Positions 37,601-46,900 of a stretch of 64,000 bases of DNA are shown here, piece after piece (position 1 is the first letter of the stretch; each line of letters opens with the position of its first letter). A model generated the notes under the pieces. That model did no database searches. It saw only the letters and a program-made list of their open reading frames with translations, and was not told the origin of the DNA. Source of the stretch: Aplysia californica (taxonomy: Eukaryota). The stretch is from positions 5,230,272 through 5,294,271 of the forward strand of contig NW_004797271.1 of the NCBI RefSeq assembly GCF_000002075.1, read 5' to 3'. The position numbers and the translations under genes are program-made.

Positions 37601-40600
37601 CTATGTGTTGACACTTATCAAATTGATAATTGGAACTCTATCTCAATGAGTTAACCTGTTTTTGTTGAGGCAGATTACCAAGTTTTACCAAATAACCAAG
37701 AGCAGAACATCTCTGTCGTCCTGTTACTCTAGAGGTGGAAAAGGTACCACAAAGTTCTATTTTGTGCGTATTTACACCTGTGGTCAGCATAATTTCTTTA
37801 GCACCTAAGTCATTATTTGAAGTTTAAAGCAAAATTAAAGAAAAAGACGGCCACTAAATCAGAACTATGACTATGGCGTTTGTTTTTCAATTTATAACTT
37901 TTGAGGCAATAATGACTCGGAATGAAATGATATTGTAAGATGCCCCTTGGTATATCTATATTAGATTATTTGCTTCATAGATTTCTAGAAATTGATAGCC
38001 GTGGTTGGGGAGTGATGCTGACAGTGTGCATCTCCAGCTTGTGTATACACTGCTTTACTTACTGAATAGAAGCTTGTGGAATTGTTCAATATCTGAGACG
38101 TAAACTTTATGCTTTCTGAAGCGAAAATTACAATTCTAATGGGCTTTGGTTGGGAATTAATTTTGTTTGGGTTTGTCCTTTCAGATGCTGTCCACAGTGT
38201 TGAACATCATTATGTTTGAGGACTGCCGGAACCAGTGGTCCATGTCCAGACCTTTGTTAGGCCTTATTTTGCTCAACGAAGAGGTAGGTCAATAAGCTTC
38301 ATGTTTTAAATTATGCAGTTGAACCTGCTCTTAATGAGAAAAAAAGTATAGTGTCTTTGGATTTTAAAGACTTCTGTAAAGTTTTGTGTGTTTTGAGGAG
38401 TGTCTAAAAGCTTTTCTCAGCACAGGGCTGTTTGAGAACAAAAAAAAGTGCTTATGTTATCCTTCTGGAGCAAATTTTTTGTTGTGTCAATTCTTTAATC
38501 ATGATCATTCTGTCCTGTGTTGGATTTGTCGGCTCTTGGCCTTTTGCAGTGAATGGTCTGGTTGGTGGCAGCTCTGTTGTGTTGTATGTTTCTACTCTAA
38601 TGTTACCATTGCTCTCATGTAGCCCTTTTGAAATGAGGTTGTGGGTGGTTGGCGAGTGCTCTTGTGTGGTTTGCTACTTCTTTCCTCTCAAACATCTATC
38701 ATCCTTATCTCTCTTTCTCTTTTTGTGTTTGTCATTCTCTTGCAGTATCTGTAATCTTTGTATGTTGGACCAAATTGTGTTGCAAGTGCAGTAAAACGCT
38801 TACGAAAATGAAATCAGGTCACTTTTGTGCTGACTGAACATAAAATCTTTGACAATATTGAACTACTGGAATTCTTTATTGCAATATGGCCATTTTATTT
38901 TGTTACCCCTCCAACAGTTGCTTTACCATTGTTGCAGCAAGTTCAGTTTCAAATGTGCATATGTTAGCAATTTCAACTAAAAAATGATAACAACCCACCA
39001 AAATTTTAAGAAATGACTGAAGATTTGATTCAATGTGAGGATACAAACAAGCAGATATTACAGATAAATAAGGAAAATTTAGGGGGGGGTGGGGAAGGGG
39101 AAACAAAAAATTGTGCAAAAGCTGGTCAGGGGATGTGCTGTCTTCTAAGTTAACAAATGTTTAATAGTGAGTAGTATGCCTTATTCTTTTGAATTGCATT
39201 TAGAAGTTGATCCCCTGTTCTGGACCATAGCTACAAGGAATAGAAGACAGGCTGTGTAGTCCTTGTTCTTGAGTGCAGGGAGGACATTGTGGGCACGTAA
39301 AGAAACAGTCTCAAATGAACTTAATATTTCAAAGTCCACATATATATTTGTATTTCGGAGTGCCAAGGATTGCTCTGTGCAATGTTGTTGTTGCTGTGGA
39401 AGATGTTTCAGTCTTCCTTTTGAAAATGCAGTCAAATTTTTGTCTGTGAACCTTGGGACACGATTTCCTGTTGTTAAGGGTTGAAGGGCGCCACTGGTTT
39501 GTGGATCTTTTTTTTTCTTTCACTATGTAATTTCTGTCTACTTTGCCTTTTCCCTGCTGTGGCTATTATTATGCCTTTGTACCAACAAAGGATCTCCAGC
39601 TCTGTCTGTTTCGGGCCATCTTGGTCAGCGTTCCCCACGAATGATTTCAGGACCTCTTTTCAGAGACTCTACTGTGTGTCTCCAGGTCACTTTGGGTCTG
39701 CCCCTTTTGCGACGTCCTTCGGGTGTCCAGTGGAGGGCAGTCTTCACAATAGAGTCTGGCTCACTTCTCAGAAGAAACCTTGCTCTGATGTGGTTTTGTG
39801 CCCTCTTTCTTATCAGACATCTATCATCCTAATCTCTCCTCCTGCTTTTCTTTGTATGTTACTTTCAAGAAATACCTGTTTCAATTTTCGGCACTGATTT
39901 GACCTATTAGTGTTGCTAGTGCTGCAAAACCCATACAAAAACTAAAACTAAACTCGACCAAACCTGTCTCTGTTGTTGCAGTACTTTAACAAACTCAGGA
40001 GCAACATCATTTCCAGCCAGCCCGTGGAGAAACAAGAGGCTATGGCCAACTGCTTTCAGAATCTGATGGATGGGGTAGAGAGATCTCTGCTGGCCAAGAA
40101 CAGAGACAGGTATGTTTTACGTCCTTTTTGTTAGCACGATGAATAGTAGACTTATGTATTTGAGACGGAGTTCATATTTATCTGTGACTTTAAAAAAAAG
40201 ATGGGGGGTGGGGAGGTTAAAGTCTTTGAAAACTCACCAAGTACAGATGTAAATATGTTCAATGTCTTGCTAGTTAGTTAACCTATTGTCATGCCAAGAG
40301 TCAAGTTTAAAAAGTGCATAATGTTGGCATTGATTTGTGTGCGCGTTGAAAGATTGGAGAATTTTTTTTTCACGATGACAAAGTTATTTGTGGTGATAAA
40401 TATATTTCATGTTTACCAATGTTTTTTTTTTTCCTCTTTCCTTGAAGTTACTATGTTAAAAAAATATCTCTTCAAAAGAGAAAAGGAAATGTGATAAAAG
40501 ATGTGGAGGTCTTGAGTAAAATGTTATGTAATGTTGTGAGATCAATAGCAATACATTTCCAAGAATCAGGGTTATAGTAAATAAGGCAAGCAGTGCATAT

Positions 40601-40872
40601 AATGATGTTTCCAGAAGTGTAAAAGAATATTCTTGTAATAACCTTTTTACCTGTTTATTTTGAGCCTTTCAGGCTTTCGCTAATTGGTTCAATACAAAGT
40701 TGTTTCATTTTGTTTTAGAAAAATTGATGGGCTGTTGTCGTTTATTTTTCCTTCGTCTATTTCTTTCCTGTGTAGATTCACCCAGAACCTGTCTGTGTTT
40801 CGAAGAGATATCAACGACTCAATGAAAGCCCCCAGCAACAGCCCGTCGTCTGACATGATGAACTATGGATAG
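7622..40872 (+). CDS. XPO7: Exportin-7 / Ran-binding protein 16-17 family gene, 30 coding exons, 1093 aa
   Basis: join(7622-7636,12188-12334,14364-14457,14827-14897,15591-15686,16130-16207,17921-18070,18640-18766,19201-19274,19896-20015,20981-21127,22242-22414,23297-23354,24223-24352,25239-25344,25917-26052,28578-28651,29075-29219,30054-30210,30805-30872,31656-31744,32815-32922,34074-34156,34509-34563,35097-35256,35914-36052,36722-36879,38185-38283,39982-40109,40776-40872). Total 3282 nt, phases consistent, no internal stop. Peptides recognisable as XPO7: [83 protein letters not shown]. Confidence 0.96.
8048..8600. mobile_element. MITE-like element in intron 1 (partial copy at 1-148)
   Basis: Inverted ends ggcc..ctctatt(t)ctc/gagaatagaggtggcc and ggctattctcaccc/gggtgagaatagcc; internal sequence matches 1-148. 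Confidence 0.65.
9340..9680 (+). promoter_or_regulatory. Putative second promoter of XPO7
   Basis: GC box-like ggcgggccc, CRE-like ctacgtcac, ETS-like ccggaag (~9646), overlapping YY1/ETS gatggcggaagt. Confidence 0.4.
9666..9674 (+). CDS. XPO7: XPO7 candidate alternative first exon 1b (MAE)
   Basis: agATGGCGGAA|gtatgt; strong donor, phase 0 compatible with exon 2, promoter-like motifs upstream. Confidence 0.5.
12188..12334 (+). CDS. XPO7: XPO7 exon 2
   Basis: ttcag|[14 protein letters not shown]...LLERGN|gtaagc. Confidence 0.95.
13620..14040 (+). mobile_element. Retroposon family B (~400 bp) with shared stem-loop tail
   Basis: Full-length similarity to 37180-37570; ends ggcgctcatatgacc...gcgagcgccgtaaaaccttactaaaac. 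Confidence 0.75.
14364..14457 (+). CDS. XPO7: XPO7 exon 3
   Basis: ttgcag|[14 protein letters not shown]...LPLEQRVDI|gtaagt. Confidence 0.95.
14827..14897 (+). CDS. XPO7: XPO7 exon 4
   Basis: ttcag|[13 protein letters not shown]...ALVQ|gtgaga. Confidence 0.95.
15100..15357 (+). mobile_element. 5'-truncated tRNA-derived SINE (V/CORE- and Meta-like central motifs)
   Basis: gtgtccttgggaaaggcact...aatggctacc; same family as 43040-43370. Confidence 0.65.
15591..15686 (+). CDS. XPO7: XPO7 exon 5
   Basis: ctcag|[12 protein letters not shown]...KFIQ|gtgagt. Confidence 0.95.
16130..16207 (+). CDS. XPO7: XPO7 exon 6
   Basis: ttcag|[26 protein letters not shown]|gtattc; alternative in-frame donor gttagt at 16199. 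Confidence 0.88.
16732..17566. mobile_element. Tc1/mariner-pogo (Tigger-like) non-autonomous element
   Basis: TA|cagtcaaacct ... aggtttgactg|TA; repeated subterminal aagacggccacc; related fragments near 27580-27900 and 29800-29955. Confidence 0.85.
17921..18070 (+). CDS. XPO7: XPO7 exon 7
   Basis: tatag|[19 protein letters not shown]...DNNQ|gttggt. Confidence 0.93.
18640..18766 (+). CDS. XPO7: XPO7 exon 8
   Basis: ttcag|HSLL...[26 protein letters not shown]|gtgact. Confidence 0.95.
19201..19274 (+). CDS. XPO7: XPO7 exon 9
   Basis: cgcag|[14 protein letters not shown]...SPL|gtgggt. Confidence 0.95.
19896..20015 (+). CDS. XPO7: XPO7 exon 10
   Basis: cacag|[18 protein letters not shown]...ERPQ|gtaatg. 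Confidence 0.95.
20981..21127 (+). CDS. XPO7: XPO7 exon 11
   Basis: aacag|[28 protein letters not shown]...TSLR|gtgtgt. Confidence 0.95.
21211..21387 (+). mobile_element. Retroposon family A
   Basis: TSD gcttctgatt (21201-21210, 21388-21397). Confidence 0.85.
22242..22414 (+). CDS. XPO7: XPO7 exon 12
   Basis: ttcag|[18 protein letters not shown]...HVVV|gtaaga. Confidence 0.95.
23297..23354 (+). CDS. XPO7: XPO7 exon 13 (GC donor)
   Basis: tgtag|[19 protein letters not shown]|gcaagt. Confidence 0.92.
24223..24352 (+). CDS. XPO7: XPO7 exon 14
   Basis: accag|[13 protein letters not shown]...AVEE|gtgaac. Confidence 0.95.
24600..24965 (+). mobile_element. Deu/Nin-domain-like SINE with shared stem-loop tail
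   Basis: ttctcggacaagggcg...ggcccgtgtg...gcacgttaaagatccc resembles the Deu/Nin domain; second copy at 46446-46900. Confidence 0.65.
25239..25344 (+). CDS. XPO7: XPO7 exon 15
   Basis: tccag|[21 protein letters not shown]...GELVC|gttggt. Confidence 0.95.
25917..26052 (+). CDS. XPO7: XPO7 exon 16
   Basis: cttag|[12 protein letters not shown]...QVQKTSK|gtgagt. Confidence 0.95.
27346..27441 (+). CDS. Candidate in-frame cassette exon of XPO7 (32 aa)
   Basis: ccctgac branch-like motif + ttggctccctcacag|, 96 nt open in phase 0, TTG|gtaata; not similar to the XPO7 sequences I recall. Confidence 0.4.
27653..27829 (+). mobile_element. Retroposon family A, nested in a Tigger-like fragment
   Basis: 13-bp TSD gcaacttggggag (27640-27652, 27830-27842). 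Confidence 0.88.
28578..28651 (+). CDS. XPO7: XPO7 exon 17
   Basis: gccag|[11 protein letters not shown]...FIGK|gtgagt. Confidence 0.95.
29075..29219 (+). CDS. XPO7: XPO7 exon 18
   Basis: tgcag|ITNLKYWGR...[10 protein letters not shown]...NNHT|gttagt. Confidence 0.95.
30054..30210 (+). CDS. XPO7: XPO7 exon 19
   Basis: tccag|SEHFPFLG...[15 protein letters not shown]...MPLT|gtgggg. Confidence 0.95.
30222..30398 (+). mobile_element. Retroposon family A, 11 nt after the exon 19 donor
   Basis: Family A body and tail. Confidence 0.8.
30805..30872 (+). CDS. XPO7: XPO7 exon 20
   Basis: ttcag|HFESVGGLL...EEAK|gtatgt. Confidence 0.92.
31656..31744 (+). CDS. XPO7: XPO7 exon 21
   Basis: ctcag|[13 protein letters not shown]...MMLFEW|gtatccttg (U12 donor). 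Confidence 0.95.
31745..32814 (+). other. U12-type (minor spliceosome) GT-AG intron
   Basis: 5'ss GTATCCTT; branch site TTCCTTAAC at 32795-32803, 11 nt before intron end; no polypyrimidine tract. Confidence 0.93.
32815..32922 (+). CDS. XPO7: XPO7 exon 22
   Basis: atcag|[19 protein letters not shown]...AQN|gtgagt. Confidence 0.95.
34074..34156 (+). CDS. XPO7: XPO7 exon 23
   Basis: ctcag|[19 protein letters not shown]...CY|gtgcgt. Confidence 0.95.
34509..34563 (+). CDS. XPO7: XPO7 exon 24
   Basis: ttcag|[19 protein letters not shown]|atatccttt (U12 donor). Confidence 0.92.
34564..35096 (+). other. U12-type intron with AT-AA termini
   Basis: 5'ss ATATCCTTT; branch TTCCTTAAC 35079-35087; the frame (MKLKGIS) requires the 3' end ...gcttAA|G TTG AAG. 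Confidence 0.82.
35097..35256 (+). CDS. XPO7: XPO7 exon 25
   Basis: [30 protein letters not shown]...SDLL|gtaggc. Confidence 0.93.
35700..35882 (+). mobile_element. Retroposon family A
   Basis: Family A body and tail; imperfect TSD tttcct(t/c)tgtgtt. Confidence 0.8.
35914..36052 (+). CDS. XPO7: XPO7 exon 26
   Basis: tacag|[10 protein letters not shown]...ISEGLTAL|gtgagt. Confidence 0.95.
36722..36879 (+). CDS. XPO7: XPO7 exon 27
   Basis: ttcag|[19 protein letters not shown]...HPEILQQ|gtatgc. Confidence 0.95.
36970..37119 (+). pseudogene. Decayed tandem duplicate of XPO7 exon 27
   Basis: ctacctgttcccgaggcttgtgaacaaaaaggaaaatcctaataaggtgccaggcag aligns to exon 27 ctacctgttccggaggcttgtgaacaaaaagaagaaaaatcctaatcaggtaccagacag. 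Confidence 0.8.
37180..37570 (+). mobile_element. Retroposon family B
   Basis: Paralog of 13620-14040. Confidence 0.75.
38185..38283 (+). CDS. XPO7: XPO7 exon 28
   Basis: ttcag|[33 protein letters not shown]|gtaggt. Confidence 0.96.
38641..38812 (+). mobile_element. Retroposon family A (diverged)
   Basis: gtgggtggttggcgagtgctc...gttgcaagtgcagtaaaac. Confidence 0.75.
39575..39770 (-). mobile_element. RTE-clade LINE 3' fragment
   Basis: Minus strand encodes [26 protein letters not shown] and, after a frameshift, [19 protein letters not shown]. Confidence 0.8.
39780..39953 (+). mobile_element. Retroposon family A ending ~28 nt before the exon 29 acceptor
   Basis: Family A body and aaactaaaactaaac tail. 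Confidence 0.78.
39982..40109 (+). CDS. XPO7: XPO7 exon 29
   Basis: tgcag|[10 protein letters not shown]...AKNRD|gtatgt. Confidence 0.95.
40776..40872 (+). CDS. XPO7: XPO7 exon 30 (terminal coding part)
   Basis: tgtag|[17 protein letters not shown]...DMMNYG TAG. Confidence 0.95.
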
Positions 40873-42776
40873 CAGCTAGGTTGTTCCTTTAGGCTCTGAT
40901 TATTTGTGAATTTCTAGTTGCATTCGTTGCTTAAAAGCCATGATTTGACCACAGAGATGAGAGAGAATGAGATATGATACTTCGACTGGAATGTCTGCTG
41001 AGGTTTGTGTGTGTGTGTGTGTGTACTACTCGAGCGAGAGTGTGGTGTTGTTTGGAGTAGATCTGTGGCCGAGAGCCCGCTGTTGCTTTGAGTTGTAGGC
41101 TTCCTGCTGGTGGTTCTGATGATTTGCGTGCCGTGTGGGTCAGGGCAAGCTTCGCACAAATCAAAACGTGTTTGATAGTTCATTGATGGGAAAAACGACG
41201 ATACACTTTTCTTCTGAGTCTGAGCTTTTTTTTTTTTTTAGTTAGTTAGATTGACTTGAACAATACAAGCGCTGCAGTAATAACTCTCATCTTGATATGT
41301 TAGAGTGATGATGCCAGGAGCTGAAGTCTTGGAGGAAAAGAGCTTTTTCACAAGATCACCTTGTTGTACAAGACTACAGTGATGTACATATGTAGAACAG
41401 CTTTTTCTTTTTTATATATATTGGGAAAAAAAAGCAAGTTTTTCTCTACGTTTTTTTTTCCAATCAGTGTCATAATAGCCACTTTATTTTCAAATCCATG
41501 ATGGTCTTGGGTTATTGGAAGGGTAGGTGAGGGCTAAGGTTTAGGTGATGGTTTTGCTACAGTGGGCAAAGGTTACTGGTTCAGAGGCAAAGGCTTTCTC
41601 TTTAAGACAACTATAGATATATGGTGTCAGTTATGACTTAAAGAATTTTTTTTTCTTTGTCGTGATCTCTTGGGTTGCGGGAGTTGATCATTGGTTGATG
41701 AGTGTGGGTTCTGTCTCCTGTCGTTCATGGTGGTCCCTCCAAGGTGCAGCTCCCTCTCTATAAAGGTCCAATTTCCGGTGAGCTTATCTTAGGGCGTAAA
41801 GCATTTTGTCCTTATAATTATCACTTTGTGGTCATTTGCCGCAATAATGCGAAGGTGAAAATGATCTGTTGGGGTTACTTTACACAGTTCTGCGACAGGC
41901 CCGAAAAATCTGTCACGGTCGTTTTCCTGGCTGGGTGACCAGACAGGGGGGTATTTTAAACTGCTGGCTGTGTGGTTGCAAAGTGTTAAGACTATGTTGC
42001 CATTGATCCCCTCACTGCTGGGCCCTTGATGTTGTCCTTTTTGACACCGCAGGACAGTCTTTGGCGAATCAGTGAGGGGACCAGGCATTTTGGATCTCCT
42101 GAAACAATGGATGTAATTTGGAGAGGGCACCATAATCTCATCTGCATCCTCAGGTTGTTCTTTGATTCATTTATTTGCTAGTCTTTGATCATTTATGCAA
42201 AGTGGGAGCCATTTCTTTTTCTTTTAGTCATTTACTGAATGATTTGAATTACCAGGGTTTTGAGTCAGTGCATTGTGCTAATAAGCGTACTCAGTTATTC
42301 ACTTTCCTTGTTATTCATTAAAGGCAGCATTTAATTTTGTCTCTCTCAGAGCTTTCATTTCTTCGTAGAGTAGCTTTGTGGATGAAACAACCACAATGGA
42401 ATCTGCTTATTTTCTCATTTTGTCTCCCACCGCATCAGCTTAGTTGAGATCTTCTTTGAACTGTTGTCGAGGAGGGACATCAATACAGTAATGTAAACCT
42501 CTAGGGTCTTTTTTAATGATAACCCCCATGATATTGCCTGTGCGAAGGGCACCAGATTTTAAATCTGAAAGTACTGGATTGAAGTTGAACTAAATTTAGG
42601 GTATGCTATCTGTTCTGAAATAGCAATATGAAATTGTGTGTGTTTCAGTTATAGCATGACTTTTCTATTCTGAAACTGTAGCCTATTTGAACTGTTAAAG
42701 TACAGAAAGTTGTAATGAATGTATACTTTTGTTAACTTCTTCCAAAGTTGTAATATGGCCCTTGAATCTAAAAACT

Positions 42777-42782
42777 AATAAA
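42777..42782 (+). terminator. Candidate polyadenylation signal (first AATAAA after the stop; others at 44925 and 45576)
   Basis: AATAAA hexamers; the site actually used cannot be determined from sequence. Confidence 0.35.
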
Positions 42783-43039
42783 GTGATGTGAAAGATGGAG
42801 AAAAAAAGCATGTCTAATAGTAACTGCAAATAGCTTTGAACTGCAGTTGAATATCAGATATTTCTAATTTGGTCTTGATGGAATGCTGATGGTGTTGGAA
42901 AGTGAATATTAGTACTCTTCAGCATCTCTTCAGTGGTAAGAAAATATGTCGGCACACGAATAAGGTTAGTAAGGGTAACTTTATGTAAATGTTCAATGCC
43001 TGTTTTAATTACTGTAGAATAGTAATAATGCTAATAACA

Positions 43040-43370
43040 ATTGCATTTTTATAGCGCTTCTCCATGCTCTACAGCATACTCTATGTGCTGTACAACAATT
43101 GTCCCAGTAGACCCTAGAACACTCAGAAACATTCTCGGCTGCCCCGGAAGCAGACAGTGCAAGCTGCGGATTGCACATGCTAAAATACTAACAAACTGAC
43201 GAAACCTTTCGCTGTCTATAGCTGGGTATCCATTCCCACCTGGGTGAAGTGGGGAAAATTGTGGAAAGTGCTTTGTCAAGGACACAACGTTGGGCCCCCC
43301 CTATGGGATTCGAACACTCTACCTTACTGTGGAGAGTCTGGGAGCCTAACTACAAGGCCACTGATGCCTC
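43040..43370 (-). mobile_element. tRNA-derived SINE, near full length
   Basis: Minus strand: A-box-like tggccttgtagtt, B box gttcgaatcc, gtgtccttgacaaagcac, cacccaggtgggaatggatacc, tail gcgctataaaaatgcaa. Confidence 0.75.
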
Positions 43371-43958
43371 AAGTAGTTTGAACAGTGTCATCGAACTTCA
43401 TTATGGCCAGAATGTAGTAGCCAATCTTATTCTCAGTTGTGAATATTTGCTCTTGGTAGATGTTTTATGAAAAGTTTCTTGTGTGTGCAGATAGCCGTTT
43501 ATGATTCAAGAGTTTGTCGTCCACATCTCAGCTTCCAGAGAGACTTTGTTGCGTTATTCCACAGTAAATCTCATATCGAAGAAAAAAAAAGTTGTGTGCT
43601 TTTTCTATAGAAGATTTTACTTTTCCAACTCATGTATATGTGTGCACTGTATAGCTCAATGTGAATAAGATTTTTTAAATTAGATTTACTCAACGGTTTT
43701 CAAAACAGTTAAATTTTCTTTTGTATAAAACAGGTGGGAGTGTATGGAGTTTGTTTATGAAGGTCAGTTGAGTCTCAGGACAAGGCGAGGAAAATTGCAC
43801 TGAGCAAAAAAACAAACAAACACACAAAAAAAAGTTTTATCTTACTTGTCTATGGAATCATCAGCTGTTGGCTCTATCTATACTTTTGTTGCCTCATCAC
43901 TCTATTTGAAGAAACAAAACTGTGATTTGAATGATCACAGATTATCTTTCAATAATAA

Positions 43959-44402
43959 TATGTGAGGCATGGTGGGGAAATCAGGCGCTCGTCAAAATAA
44001 GGAAATCCAAGAAACAGGCACTCTTTTGCCAATTTGGCAATTTTTATCAAAATTTTGGTTTTTTGCTAAAAACCTTTCGTGTCCATAAAAAAGCACATTT
44101 ACATGTGAATTTCACAGAAAAACGAAGATTAAAGGCACAAAATCTGTAATTGTTTTCATTTTCAGGGAATCTCAAGCTATTGAAATTGTCAAATTTTGGC
44201 GGCCACTTTCTCGCTAATATTACCACTGAAACTGGGTGACCCCTCCTCCTTCAATCGCAAATATCTTGACCTCTATTCAGGATAGATGGGTATTTTTTTC
44301 ATCGAAAGCAACACAAATAGACAAGCTTTAAGATGATACCAATAACTCCAAATGCCCCCAAATTGACGAGCGCCTGGTTCCACCGCGTTGTGTCGCACAT
44401 AT
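43959..44402 (+). mobile_element. Unclassified MITE (intact, ~440 bp)
   Basis: TIR atatgtg...aggcgctcgtcaa / ttgacgagcgcct...cacatat. Confidence 0.8.
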
Positions 44403-45683
44403 GGCCGTATTTGTAAATCTACCATTTTATGGCTTTGCCGGTGTTCTCTGTGCTCTTTTATAATGAGGGTTGTTACAAATTAGGAAATGAAGCTGGAAAG
44501 TTGAAACAGTGTTTCAGTGTTTTGCAGGTGAGCTGGATAAATGTAAAAACAGAACATTTTGCACATATCATGGCTGGACTGCTGTAGAATGCTGGAAGGC
44601 TCGGTTTGCTAATATTGTTCTCATTTGTACTTATAGAAAGCATGTGTGTGTTGTCAGTGTGTGTGTGTGAATGCTGCAGTGTTGTTCAAGCTTGCAACAT
44701 TTATGTTGAGTTCCAACGCATGAACTTTTTGATAGAGACAAGAGTGTGTGTGTGGCTCAGCTTGTTTGAGAGATTGTTGCTGGCTGTTGTAGTTAGGAAC
44801 GTCTGTGTGGCTGGCAGTGATTGTTTTTATGGTATGATGATTTCCTGTATTATGTTTCTTTTATTTTGTGTTCATATTTTTGTGCGTTTACCGCCACAAT
44901 GAGAGATGACAAGTTTATATTATAAATAAATGATGTCTTGTGATGCTTTTTGAAAAAAACCCCAGTTGAGTCCAGTTTGTGAAAAATATTTTGTCTTCCT
45001 GGTTTTTCCTAGAATCTCAGTAGTTCGTGATATTTTGGAGTGAGACCGAAAAATAGATAACATTGTGCCCATCTGGTGTGGTTTGCTCCTTCTTTCCCAT
45101 CAAGATCTGTTGTTCTTATCTCTCCTTTTGTTTGTAAATCTCTAGTAACACCACTGAACTTCGACACGTATATGACCTAATTGTGTTGCAAGTGTAGTAA
45201 AACTTTTACCAAACTTGGAAACGAAGTATTTGTAATCTGTTCTTGGGGAAATCCAGCTATTGAGGCTGATCCACACTACACAACGGTTGAAGAGAACATT
45301 GAGAGTGACATCTGTCAGGAGAACACAACAATGCCTCAATGATGAATCCGTCTTTGAGATGGTAAATTTGGCTGGTGAGATTTGTGTCTGTGGGGATAAG
45401 GAGTTGTGTAATTTCACTTTGTGCAGAAAAAATTGGTTTTTCTGTCTTCAGAAAAATTAGATTAATTTGATTCCAACTACAACTACAAGCCAGTCTACGG
45501 ATGGTTGGAGGGCACCACTAGTACTTCTTTACTTTTCCTCTGTTGTTTCTGTCTGTCTTACTTTTTCCTTACTATAATAAATGGCCATCATTGTTTCGAT
45601 GTGCCATCAAATAAACAGTCCTTCTAAATACATGAAATGTCTATGAAGTGAGGCTTAGGAAAGAGATGTGACAGTGTTGGTAT

Positions 45684-45860
45684 GTGGATGGTTAGCGGGT
45701 GCTCTGGTGTGGTTAGCTCCTTCTTTTCTATCAAACATCTATCATACTGATCTCATCTTCTTTTTATGTTTGTTATTCTCTTGTAACACCTCTAATCTTC
45801 GGCACTTACATGACCTTATTGTGTTGCAAGTGCCGTTAAGCTCTTACTAAAAAAAGAAAA
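45684..45860 (+). mobile_element. Retroposon family A (another partial copy at 45073-45215)
   Basis: TSD agtgttggtat (45673-45683, 45861-45871). Confidence 0.85.
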
Positions 45861-46445
45861 AGTGTTGGTATCATGTAGTGTCAGGTCAGTTTTGAACCAG
45901 CTGCATATAAACCACTCTTGTTTTCAAGAGTACATGAATTTGTTGCATCTAAATGGTTCGTTACATCCTATAGAAAAAGAAGGCTCTCGACATTCCATTC
46001 TTGATTTCGTTCCTGAAGAAACCAGTGAACGGGGGATGGGGTTGGAGGGCGCCACTGATAGATCCTACTTCTTTACTTTACCTCTGTTGTTTCTGTCTGT
46101 CTTTTTTCCAGCACTACATGACCATTATTGTGTTGATGTGATTTGTTTTTACTCAAACGAACAAGAAACAAGAGTGGAAAGAAACCTAAAAAAACAAAAC
46201 GAAAACGAAACAGACAAAAGTTAGTCATCATGCACTTCTGAAACGTGTTCATCACTACAGAAAGAGGAGGTCGTTATGTCCACCGCAGCAAAGTACCTGC
46301 ACATGTTTCCCTATGTATATATTATGGGATGTTTGGTCATTAGCGAAAGTAATTACATTAGTCAAGCCTGCGTGTAATAACCTTGGACGCCCAACACAGA
46401 GACTTTCAAAGAGTGCGTGTGTGCTTCCTTTCTGTTGTAAAGCGC

Positions 46446-46900
46446 AAGTGGGGGGGGGCTTGTCTAGAGGTTAAGGTGTTCTCCTCTCGTGTTAGAATCC
46501 AGATATCGACAGAAAATTTTCTTTTCTGAAAATTCACACCCTTTCCTGGTCGCTAATAATATTCTGTGTCTGCTTTGGTCTCCACTTTCTGCCCCCACTC
46601 CCTCTCCTCCTTTGCCGCGTACTCTGGACTCCTGACTCATGCTGCAGCTTTTCTACTGCTACTGTTTTTCTTCAGCCTCACCCCTGATCTTATGGTAGGA
46701 GAGATGTACACCGAATCTTCTCCAATAAGGGTGAACAATCTCGGAAGTCACGTGGGCAAAGATCCCTTGGAGGTCCAAAATCGATTAGAGTAGGCTTCGG
46801 CCGCCATCCGGGCAAAATTCAAAATTTCCTACCAACTGAAAATGTTTAATGTGTTCCGGATGTTCATGTGACCTTATGGATTTGCTAGCGCCGTAAAACA
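46446..46900 (+). mobile_element. Deu/Nin-like SINE, second copy with degenerate tRNA-like head
   Basis: Matches 24600-24965. Confidence 0.65.

Noticed and set aside
43290-43370. tRNA gene (also 54762-54835)
   Set aside because: Only degenerate A/B boxes attached to SINE bodies; no intact cloverleaf.
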